This document shows positions 25,784 through 37,700 of a stretch of DNA of 64,000 bases, piece by piece. This DNA is from Balanoglossus misakiensis (Eukaryota > Animalia > Hemichordata). The notes beneath the pieces were generated by a model. It was not told the origin of the DNA. It saw nothing but the letters and a program-made list of their open reading frames with translations, and ran no database searches. Each line of letters begins with the position of its first letter. The stretch's first letter is position 1. Location of the stretch: positions 7,303,677-7,367,676 of the forward strand of contig CM082592.2 in NCBI GenBank assembly GCA_040954595.2. Direction: 5' to 3'. The translations under genes were made by a program, and so were the position numbers.

Positions 25784-28700
25784 CATCATCATCTTAGGCA
25801 TCAATAGTGAGCTAGCTCTCCAATTATTTTTTGCAGCCTCTGCTGTGACCTTTGAACTCAAGGTCAGAAGGGTTTCAATATCAACTGATTCAGTCAATCA
25901 CTTGAAAATTTGAATTACTGAGGAAGGTCAAACTGTTGCTTAGTGTGATCCTGTTTATATGATGAGATAATTTATAGAATTACTTCTGTAGATTGGAGTA
26001 TACTTGTCATGATTATGTTTCATATTGAGCGAGATTGAGACTTGAGGCAATTATTTAAATGGCATAACTGAGTCATCAGGTTTGAAGTAAAATTCATGAA
26101 TAGCAGACAGACGACGAGATTCACGGCAGTAGCCATGCCTGCTATGATATTCGTGTTAGGGATTTTTTTATTTATTTCAGTACAGATTAACTAGCACAAT
26201 AGTGACCAATAATTTTGTAGGAATGCGCACAATGTTTCGCCAATGTATGTCAATATTTTGGGGTTTGGGGATGGAATTCTGGCTTTGGGGTGTCAGTGAG
26301 GTGGTGGGATGTAGACGTAAAGTATCTGTGTCGCAGTACAACTAACAAGTTTACTGCTTGGAAGGTTGGCTTGGGTTTAGCTGGGATGAAGATGTGATTT
26401 GGTATGCAGCAAATGTTTGGCTGAAGATATGATTCTCTCGTGTGCAAGATCCGATGTAAGCTTTCATGGTTCTTTTAAATCTCTCCGACATGATTGTACT
26501 TTGGTCATAATTATTCTCCTGATCTTTGAGGTGTTGAATATTATGCAAGTAGAGGGCTGAGTGGGCTTTGATCGGCCTTGCGCTACACTGATAGGGATGT
26601 TTAGCAGCAAAGGACAATCTAAATTATCTACTGGTGTGCAACAAAACCAGCTGTACATGTAGGGGTCAAGGGTCAAAATCATACAGGTGGCTATCGCTTT
26701 AATGGACTGACTGTGGGTCAAGAGAGAGTGAGAGACTTCTCGTTCTAGTGTTCCTACTCAGTGGACTGAAGTTTAATTTGTTAAATTTCAAGGAAGTGTT
26801 ATAAATTTGATGCTTGTTTCAGAACTCGCTTCATAAGAGCTTCATCACAGGGAGCATTGCAAACATCTTGAGAATTGCTTTGCTCAACGACACAGTGTGT
26901 TCTCAAAAACAGGAACTGTTGAGTCAAAGTGCCAATTATTCGCTAGTCTAGTTTCAATGGCGTATTTCTTGAATGCCGATTACAGGCCGTATGGCGTGTT
27001 GGATGACATAATATCTTTTTCAGCACATGCCCTGTGCCAGATGTACAGGGTTCATCGCCTGTCTCATTGTGTGTGACTTTTCAGAGAAAGACTAAAGGTG
27101 CCTTCTCACTCACAATGACTCTCTAAGCAATTGTCCCTCAGTCTGAGGCAGATGTAAATGATGCAGTTATATTCCCAGTGCCCTCCACTCCCTCTCTAAG
27201 AAAACCCAGTCTAATGGTTCACTCTTTGTTGTCCTGTAATGATGTTTTCATTCTGGGCCGTTATATACCCACCATAGTTTGCCCACATTGCATACACACG
27301 CTATTATGATGCACCTTGATTGGGCTAGGCTAGCCAAGGGTACACATCTCGGTGATATTTATTCACCAGTTTGAAGCATGACCCGTTGAATTTGAAACAG
27401 TTTGTCACAGAGTTGTGTTCAGGCGACGCCTACATGTAGAATTGGACTATTGTCTGAATTTCCAGCGCGTATGTGCTGTTGAATGAATCGTACGACATCT
27501 TTGGAATGCGCCATTAGTGTGCGGACTAAAGAGGAGGAGCTGGCGTTTATTTTTGGAAAGCGAGGGGTTCTCTCAATGAGGGAACGGCTAATGTGATTCA
27601 AAGCATTCTGTCGTCACAATCACGGCAGTGTTTTAGATTGTATAACTGCGTGATGCAACCTACACATCGTACCATACGCACGTAAACAATACACCAACTT
27701 TGCATGACCTGCAAATCTGCTAATAGGCTTAGTCTTTCTTCATATCTCTGCATTCAGAAGTGAACAACAACAAAACATGTAGTCATATACAAGGATAGGT
27801 GTCTGTTTTGATCTTCGATCTTGACGAGTTTGGTTCGGTATGAAGAACAAGTTCAGGATGACTTCCCTGCCAGTCATTTTCTGGGGACTGAAAACACGAT
27901 GTCTGGTCATGGTAAGAGATCATTTTTTTCCAAGAACTACCTTTTGGACTTATGTAGCTCCCAGCTGTCAAAGCAACATTCAATGAGGCTTAATGTTGGT
28001 ACATCCTGTACATGTATCGTACTTTCTTGGCTGTGATGGTTCAATGACCGAACTACAGGTCTGATCTCCTGATCTTTTCAATGTTTGAACAGTCATTTCT
28101 GACATACCTGGCAATAATTTATGACATTTTTAACTAAAGGTGGACTTTTTTGTTCCTTTTTGTTTTACGTGATCATTCAAGGCCTTATTTAATTGACAAG
28201 TAATTATTTCTGTGATGGAATCATAATTACACACCGAATGTAATCAATACTAACCTGTCAGGCTAATTACTGCATCATTCGATGACTTTAGACTTCCCTG
28301 TCAGCCATTTGTAGTGGACGGAAATTGCATCTATTGAAGTCAGGAAAGGGCTAGGACAGTCAGGTAGATGTCTGATGCAGTGGTTTGAGATGTGTTCTCA
28401 CACCTATGTTGCTGACAATGGTTAGACGTAGAAAGAACTCTTTGGTCATATTCCAAGTCTAGGCTGCTATAAATTCTCGGCACATAGGCACAGACAGATA
28501 GATGGATCCAAGGCAATGTCGTGGCCCTGTGTCTTTTACTGATCCGTTCATTATTCAAGTCCTGTTGTCAAGTTTTCAGACACCCGTCATCATTAATACA
28601 ACAGTTCAGTGAAGCATAGAGAGAGTTTCATTCCGACATCTGGCCACTCCGGGTCTCCTCTCGATCTCTCTCGTTCTGATCAGACTGTGCGGACTTCCGT

Positions 28701-31700
28701 ATTTGTTAATTTTCCCCCTCCAAACGCCATGGATAAGTGTTACTGGAAGGGTGTCTTCTTCGCTACTGTCAGTGAAATTAAGGTATTTATTATAATAGTC
28801 ATGCCGACAACAGTATTATACATAATCCAGATTTGTTCTGAAATCTGCTGACAATCAAACATTTTTTTAATGCATCATCTCTGTTTCTCCTCTGATTCTT
28901 TAAATGTTTAAGACTGGAAAATTTCAGTTCAGTCCCAATAAATCTTCATCCCATCTAACATTGAGGATGATTGGCCTGGGTTCAAATACTATTGTTGAAC
29001 AGGAAGCAGTGGTCGCCTGAGAATGTTAATATGCTCATTGCTACATTCATCCATAGAGGATGTCACATGGAAAACAACTGCAATTTATTAATTAATTATC
29101 ACATACATGTATCTAGCAACGTTTTTATCACTTCTGCCTTGAAAAGAAAATTCCTGCTATAAAACAGGATCTCACCAAGGCTATGTCCTCAATCCAGGCT
29201 GCCCGTGCTACCCCACGAACACGCAGGCAGATTCGAATATGACAGACATTTATGTAATATTTTGACTGCAACGTGGTTGTTATGACTATCCACCATTTTA
29301 ATTAATGACAATCGACATGAAATATTGCGGTGATGAATAACAGATGATGAAAGAGGACCCTTTGGGCTTTATGTTTTAAAAGAGAATATTGAATTATGAA
29401 TAAATAAAAGAGAATAATAGGTGGATAATGTAAACTGTTTTAACCCTTTCACCCCCACTTCACCCTGTAGACACCCAGCTTTAACATAGAAAACAATGGA
29501 ACTGGACCAAACCATTGTGGTGTAAGGGTTAACTAAAGTTTGCGACTGATTTGAGATGTATAATTATGCATGTATGCGGTAAATGTGTAAATATAAAATA
29601 ATATCAAAACCTAGCTTGTCAAAACAACATTCTTGAAAGATGTTTTCATGCCCAAACTTTGTACTCTAGAGATGTTAAAAATTTATAATGTATTTTGATA
29701 TTATTGATTGATTTTATTTTTTTCATTTCACAGGAGGTTGGTGATGAAACTGATGACAAAAGAGTAAGGCATCCGAGACTGCAGCGAAGGTAAGGGCTAA
29801 ATATCGGAACGTTGCCTCCTGATTGGCATCCAGATAACATTGAAAAAGAAAGTAACATATATTCATTTTTAGCATGTCTATCATATCTTTTGTGGAATGT
29901 CTGGTGGATAGTTATGAGTGCTAAGGCAATCGTACGACCTCCAGCTGACCTTGAGAATCTTCCCAGCGAAATATCCTTAATATAGCAGATTATCAGGTGC
30001 TCCTAATTCAATTTGTCATTTATGGTCTTGTAAATCTAATTGACATAAAAGCATTAAAAGAGTCTGGGTAAACTGAGACTGCCCAGTGCTAGCTGTAAGA
30101 ATGTTTCTAAAAATAAAAATATAATGTCTGTAATGAGAGCAGGGGAACGAGAGACCCGTGGAGCGATACAGGGCCCTCAGTAGCTAGCTCTCTGCTGGTG
30201 GTTGATTAAGCAATTTATCAATTACAGTATGAAGTGCGTCTTTGCCAAATGTGGAGATCAGGTTCTTGTTCAGTGGGGGAAATTTGAGAGGCCACCACTG
30301 CTGCTTGCCGGTGTTGGGTTTACTCGATTTGCATACAGCCATGTATGGCTATCATAAAGTTGAAAGTGTATGCCAGTCGTCGGAGTCGTCGTTGTCATTC
30401 CCGCCAGAATGCGCTAGGGCCTTTGCGATCGCGGCGATTCCGGAGGCCCTGAATTCGTGTGAGGAAACAGCTGATGGGATGTGGGGTCCATTGTGTTGAT
30501 AACGGGGCAGACGTTTCCTTGAAATACCGGCAGTCGTCCGAGAGAGGAATTTTTCGGATGCGGGAGACACTGGACAATGGATTGTTCGCTATCACTGCGT
30601 CAATTATCCCCGCAGCCTTGCTGTGTTGCATAAATAAGGACGTTGGCATTCGGTGGCATAACACTACAGTTAATGTCTCTGTGCAGTGATGATCGTAGTC
30701 TAGAACCTAGCCTTCCACATGTATGATGGTTGGGGATATGCCTGTGTTATCCAGCAAACCTTGAGCAGCTCTTGACTGATTGTATAATTATTTCTGAAAG
30801 CAGAGCTTGGACCTCAGACCTTCGGTTCTGACCGTCCCGATCATTCAGTGTCAACATAAACACCTGGGCTGTCGTCTACATGGTGTTGTTCATAGCAAGG
30901 CCCGAGAGACGCCCCTTCAGACTGAAGGAAGCTCTCGTCGTATCGCGCTCTTCATCCTCCTCTTCTTCTTCTTCTTCCGACTTCAGCTTCAGTCAGAGTT
31001 TCTTCGCCATCAAGGGGGCGGCCCTGATCCTTCAAGGAGGCGAGAATGTGGAGCGGACGACAACCAAAGATCCAGGTATGTTGCCACAAGCAGTAGGTGT
31101 ATTTTCCGTCTCATGTCTGGGGAAGGTTTGACAAGAGAGTTCTCTAGATACAAAATACATGTTGTGTTAAAGGTCCATATCGGTGTCGTGTCAACCTTTT
31201 TTCACCACCACATTTGGTTCAGTCTCATGTCTTTCATTGATCTGGGTGGATCCATGTGGCGAGAAATGGGGGTGCTTCTATTGACAAATATGAAGGTGAC
31301 ACTGTGTACAGTGACCTCTTTATACACAATGGAGACCTCTACATCAATTCTCAGTCAATTGTGAAGGTTAAAAAGACCTACATTTCGTGTGTCCAGTATA
31401 AGATCATTCTGTTTGCCACGTCGACTGCAAATTTATCTCCCTGTTTGCTGAAATTTCTGAAATTGAAGCTTCGATCACAAAAACAACTCAACAGAAATCT
31501 AAATCTTTGCTTGTGAAACACAAACCGTGAAATGTTTAAAATAGGCTGATCACGTTTGTTGAACAACTGGGAGGCTGCTTTCACAGTTTACGTGTATGTG
31601 TTCACTTGCTAGGAAGAATATAAGATAAACTACCAACATGTAATTTAACTTCGGTTTAAAATTTAATTCCAGAGAAAACAAACGTACATTGTTTAAAAAA

Positions 31701-34700
31701 CATGTTTTTGCAGACCTGTTCAACGAAAAGTTCCTTTGACCTGTGATTGTTTCGGTGGTTTTCAAGTCAAATGAAGTGTGTCACAACATTGAATTTATGC
31801 CAAGACTACACCACAGTTTGACCTCCATATCAGCTGTGTTGGTGTCAACCAGGAACATGTGATAGCCGTTCAAAATAGCTCTTTGCCAAGCCATCTCAAG
31901 TATCTTGTATCCCCTTGTAATTTATGGATTCTGTTGTAAGCAAAGAATGCCGGCCGACCGTCCCATTGGATGGTGGGCGATGGACTTGTGCCAATCAAAT
32001 ACTTTGATACAGTATTCTTATTTTCGCTTTCATTTGCTCTTTGTTTATTGTTTACATTATTATTGATCATTTATTTTTCTGATCAACATTTGACACTCTT
32101 CGAAAAATGGGCTCCATCCCCGCTCTAGTGAAGTGAGCGTCGTATTCATGAACATCGATCACAGACTACACTGTGCTCATCATATATGTGACTTCGGTGT
32201 ACATGTCACTATAAAATGAACTAAAATGTCTTCAAAAAATCAATTCAGTTTGTCTCATCGCCCAGACACTCTCCAGTCTATCATAGGTCTATTTCTTCAG
32301 TGTTGAGTATTTTGCTGATCGACACGCCCTTAGCTGGCAATTTACTGGAGATTCAAAATCAAACATTTGAATTCCTCTCCACAGTTGTTGGTGATCTACA
32401 GAGCCATCTGCAAGCCATGTTCATGTTGCTACGGCCGCAAGACACCGTGAAACTGGTAAGTCCTTTTCAACTTCTCACAGAGATCACTGCCATGTGTGTA
32501 TCATATAGTTAGCGACATCTTACAGAAGAACGCCCCAATTATATAGCCTGTTTAGTTTGTCAGCGATAGTTCCCTCCTAATTGTTTTTGGTTTCTAATCA
32601 CAAATACCACATGGCTGTCATTACCAGATAGCTGAAAGCACAAGCAGACTTTTGTTTCGATATTGAAACATTGTGGGCGAGTTTCTCTGTTATCATCGCC
32701 AGTAAGGTTTCCAGGTCATCATCAGGTCATCTTGAAATCACTTGGGAAAGCCAGACCCGGGTGTGAATTCTACAAGCAAATTTTACAGCTAGTTTGCGAT
32801 CGAACGTTTAACCTCTGAACCGCCAAGACACGGCGCCATGCTCAAGCAGCCAGATGAAACTTTCTGCTTTGTAAACCATGCATGCCGGGTGCATGAGTGA
32901 AAGCAAGATCTCTGTGTGCAAAGATATTGTCAGTGTGCTGGACCTTGAAACTGGAGTCAGTGATTGATTTCAGTTCAGCGTGGACGCTGTGTCGGAGAAA
33001 GACGACAGTAGCCCCAGGGTTTGGGGGCGATACTTCCTCATTCCTGTGACCAAATAACTTGCGGTGTTCGCCAGACAGTGATACGCCCAAGTCAGGGCTG
33101 CCAGAATAGGAATCAGTACAGAAATTAGGTCATTGGATACAGTTTAGCTTATCTCTAGTTATAGCTTTTAGTCAATGATAACTGCTTTCGTTTGTCTTAT
33201 TTTATCAATTCAGAGACTCGACTTTCAATTTAGTTTCCCAAGTTCAAGGTCAGTTAGTGTAACGGGTTTGCATTTGACCAAAAGATTAATTGGCCCTCAG
33301 TCAGTTTATAAGCTTCACGTTGGTTAAAATAAATGTCAACTACAGGTCAGATAAATTTGAGAACTGGTTTCACCATCGTCTGTGGTTTGCTTTGTTTTGT
33401 ATGTAGCTGTGTTAAATGATATGAGGAACTGGGGTGGATAAATATTATGAAGTTGTTCACTTATTCAAATCTCTGGTGAATACTCAGATCAAAGTGCAGC
33501 ACTTGTTCACGTAGTGCTTTCTCATGAAATGACAGAAGAAGCTGTGGTCAGTCCTGGTTGTTTCTTTGATCTCTGACCTGACACATACTCTCTATCATGT
33601 ATGTGTACACTCATCAACTCATGCACAGTATATCATATACGCAATACGTCAGTGGGAAGATTTGAAGCAGGTGCGACCTTGATATTGCGATGAAGGTCAG
33701 CGTGCGTTGTTGGTAGGGGGTGCTGTTCGTGTGGTCAGAGCATATGCTGCGAGTTTGAGAATTCACTCTACTTTGGAGTTCAGGCGCTTGTAGTCTGCTG
33801 CAATTTAATTATGAAAATAAAACCTTTTTGTTTTTTGTTGGTAGGCTGTGAGACTAGAGAGTAAATATCCGAACAGGATACGTTACCTGGTGGTGGTGAG
33901 CTGTACAGGACGTCAAGACACTCAGGAGAGTGTCATATTGGGGGTAGACTACAAAGACAAGGCCACCATCGGACTCGTGTTGCCAATATGGAGAGACACC
34001 ACCATCAATTTAGATGGCGATGGGTGAGGCTTTATTTCCTTTCCCAATCTGATTAAAATCAAATGCAAAGTTGACAGTGTTCGGGCGGAGATCGTAATAT
34101 CCATGGATCTGAGAACGCGGCTGTGTGACAGCTTCAGGTACTACGAAATTGAACCCCCCCCCCCCCATACACACACACAAACACCCCAACAATGAAAACT
34201 GTGTCATGTACCATCAGTAGTGCTAAGTTCTGTGTAGTTTTGTCTTCAACTTCTTTCTTTGTGGTCTGTTTGCAGGGGCTTTACCATTTCTTCAAACCAG
34301 AGAACACACATATTCAAACCAGTCTCGGTGCAAGCCCTGTGGTAAGTACGCAGCATCTCTGATTTTTCTGTCTGAATGGATGGATGATAACACCCATTCT
34401 ATTTAAAAATAAACATGTACTGGTGCTGTCAGAATGGCAGAAATGAAAAACAAAACTGATCGAATCTCCCTGTCTTTTTTGTCGTCGTGTCCAGGTCTGC
34501 CCTGCAGTGCCTGAACAAGAACGCGGAGATCGCCCGGATCAACAACTACTTCTCCGGCGGCTTGCACCTGACCTGGAGCTGCTACTACGAGTCGAAGACC
34601 CGCTCGGACCAGTCGTGCATCAACGAGTGGAACGAGATGAAGGACGTGGAGAGTCGCAGGAAAGAGACACTGCCCTCGTTGATTGATGAACAGTAAGTGT

Positions 34701-37700
34701 CGGCCGGGTTGCTGTCTTCTGATAGCCACATGGAAGAATGAGTTGTCTACTATGTTGAACCCACCTCTAGATATTACTTACCAGGGCAATCTGAAACTAA
34801 TAACAAATATTGTTATTGTTGTTTTTTGCAGAGAAGCAGCCAGAAAAGTTACAGAGTCACTCGTGAAATTGAAATTACGAGAAGTGATGATGAAAGTGGA
34901 TCTGGATAATATCACCAGTAAACAGGTAAGATGATAGCGCTGATATTTAAAGCAGTGATTATCTGCTAAGATAACTCAAACATTAGCCGTTACATCGATG
35001 TCCAACTTTACTGTAGACAACAATGGATTCTGGACAAACCATGGCAGTGATAGGGTAATAAAGCATGCATCATATTAAATTAATATCATGTCATAGTTAC
35101 CTTAATGTAATACTGAATAATGCATCTTTGTCAGGTTCGACTTCAAATGGAGGAAGAGATGGGAATAAGTTTACGTGAATACAGATCTTTCATAGATGAG
35201 GAGATCATCATTATTCTGCGACAGATGGACTCAGCGTCAGAGATATTTGAGCACGTTTACCTGGTAAGCCGAGATGACTTCTATAAACACACTCACAGTA
35301 TTTCAGTATTTAAAAACTTCTACATGTACGTAGAAAAATTGCGTGATATGTTGGTGTAAGAAACACATCAACAGATAGCGCTGATACACAGGAGATATGA
35401 TTTTGAGAACAACTGTCAAGTACAATCTTGAAGTGTACTATATTGGTTTGTACCTTTGTTATTTTCAGGGATCTGAATGGAATGCATCAAATCTCGACGA
35501 ACTCAAACAAAACGGGTGAGACGCTTTGTATATAATGTTTCTATTCAATAACAGTATGCGTAGAGGTCCACTCTGCTATATTTAGTTAACAATACATTTG
35601 GACCAAATGCTTCTTTTAATCATAAATGGACATGATGTGTAAACTAGATGTAAATCAGCACCAATTAAAAAGCTTGAGCCAAAGTTAAAGAAAGTGATCA
35701 AACCAAGGCAAACATGAGAAGCATATTAAAATGGATCACTGTTATTTTGCCAACAGGATTGGGTTTATTCTGAACCTTACGATAGAGATCGACAACTTCT
35801 ACCCGGGACTATTTGAGTACAAAAACATCAGAGTTTACGATTGCGAAGAGACGGATCTCTTGAAGTACTGGGACGACACTTTTAAATTCATGGACAAAGC
35901 AAGGTGAGAAATACTGTGGCGTATTTATTTCTATTTGAATTCTTTCCCCATGAAGTTAATCTGACTACTTTCCTGGTATTACTGTAAAACAGAAATCATG
36001 GTCTCCACACAGGGCTACTTTTCAGAGACTTTTATTTCCTTGTGTTTGTTTATAAACGTATCTTGTTTTTTCTCATTCTCCACACGGAGATTGTAGCACA
36101 CAGATAATTCTAACCTAGCTAGGGGGTCTGACTGACAGCCACTGTAATGGCCAGTCCCCTTAGCTAGGTTAGCTCAATCTCTGTATGGAGAATGTGTTTT
36201 TTTCTCTGAAATATCCAAAAGTCATTCTAATCTCAGTTTACATTTTCTTTTATCCTTCAGAGAGCTCGGGTCCAAGGTACTGGTTCACTGCAAAATGGGA
36301 GTTAGTCGATCGGCTGCCACGGTAAGTTAATATCTACGTACTGGTGTTCTAACTGTTTGCTGGAAACAATTACATTTAGTAATTTGTCAGATTTTAGCGA
36401 AATTTAATCAAAAACTACAGTAACATCTACTAAATTTTAAGAGAGACTAATCTAAAGTTGTCTTGAGCATAATATGAGAAAAAGTTTAAAACTTTGATTT
36501 TCCAGGCGTGTACCACCTTAACCCTTTCACCCCCAGTTCCCTCTATAGAGGTCCAACACTACCATAGAAAACAATGGTTTTGGATCATACTATGGTAGTG
36601 AGACATCATAACTTGCACACTTGGGTAGGCTAACTTCCCTGGCTAGCTTTATAGAGCCAATGGTTGTATTTGTCTGTGAACAGGTGATGGCCTATGGCAT
36701 GAAAGAGTACGGGTGGTCACTCAAGAAAACCTTTCAGCATGTGAAAGAGAGGCGAAGTTGTGTCAATCCCAACGCGGCGTTCAGGAAGCAACTGGAAGAA
36801 TACGAAGGAATACTTCTTGCAAGGTACCGTAGATGTTGGCGGGAAGTTCAGCCGTTTGTCAAAGAATTGTGAACTGTATTTCTTTAATATTTAGCCAATA
36901 GGCTTTTGAATCTCAAGTGCATAACTCGAAAGCAAATAAAGAACATCTGAGGTGACCTGGCTCCGTTCTTTTTTCATTTGTAGCAAGCAGAGGCATAACC
37001 AGCTCTGGCGCAGCAAATCGGAAGCAGACCTGGAGAGCGACAAGCCGAATATGGAGGGCGAAGCGCCACCGAGTCACGACGGCTTCCTGACGACCGACGA
37101 CATCCGCGAGATGATGATGTCGCCCAGACCAAAGTCGTGGTCGCCCGACGACAACGCGGCCGAACACTTGATGGAGTCGATGGAGGGCTGTTCTGTCGAG
37201 ATGCCGCACGAATCTGAGGCGGTGGATGGTGCAGCTGAGACGCCCATGGACCAAGAGGATGGATGGAACCAGAGTGCCGCCTCGGATCGTGACGAGGTCT
37301 TTGAAACTGAGGTCGCCAAGGTGCGGGCAGATGAGAGTTCAGACCTGCACCGGAGCCAAGAGGGCAAAAGCTCGGAATCAAAAAACTTACAGCTGGACCT
37401 GACAGGCGTCAAAGAGCGTCCGATAATGATCGTCGTGACGCCGACTGAAGAGGAACGTCCGGACACAACTCTGAAGGATAATGCTGTATTGGAAACTGTT
37501 CCTGAAGGTGACCTTGAACTCACGACTGTGAGAGACACAGAACCGGAGTCCCTTGAAAAAGTGTCTGATAAAACCGACAATCTTGGTCAGGCTGAATTTA
37601 CAAAACCTAGCGTTGAGCCGACAATCCCAGAAGAAGAACCCGGGGACGGGTTGAATTGTATTGCTGCCGTCGTGGCGGGGATTGGGCAGGAGGATGTTGA

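Noticed and set aside
25583-25913. ORFs rich in poly-Met, poly-Ser and poly-Ile
   Set aside because: They are translations of the (CAT)n microsatellite and have no exon signals.
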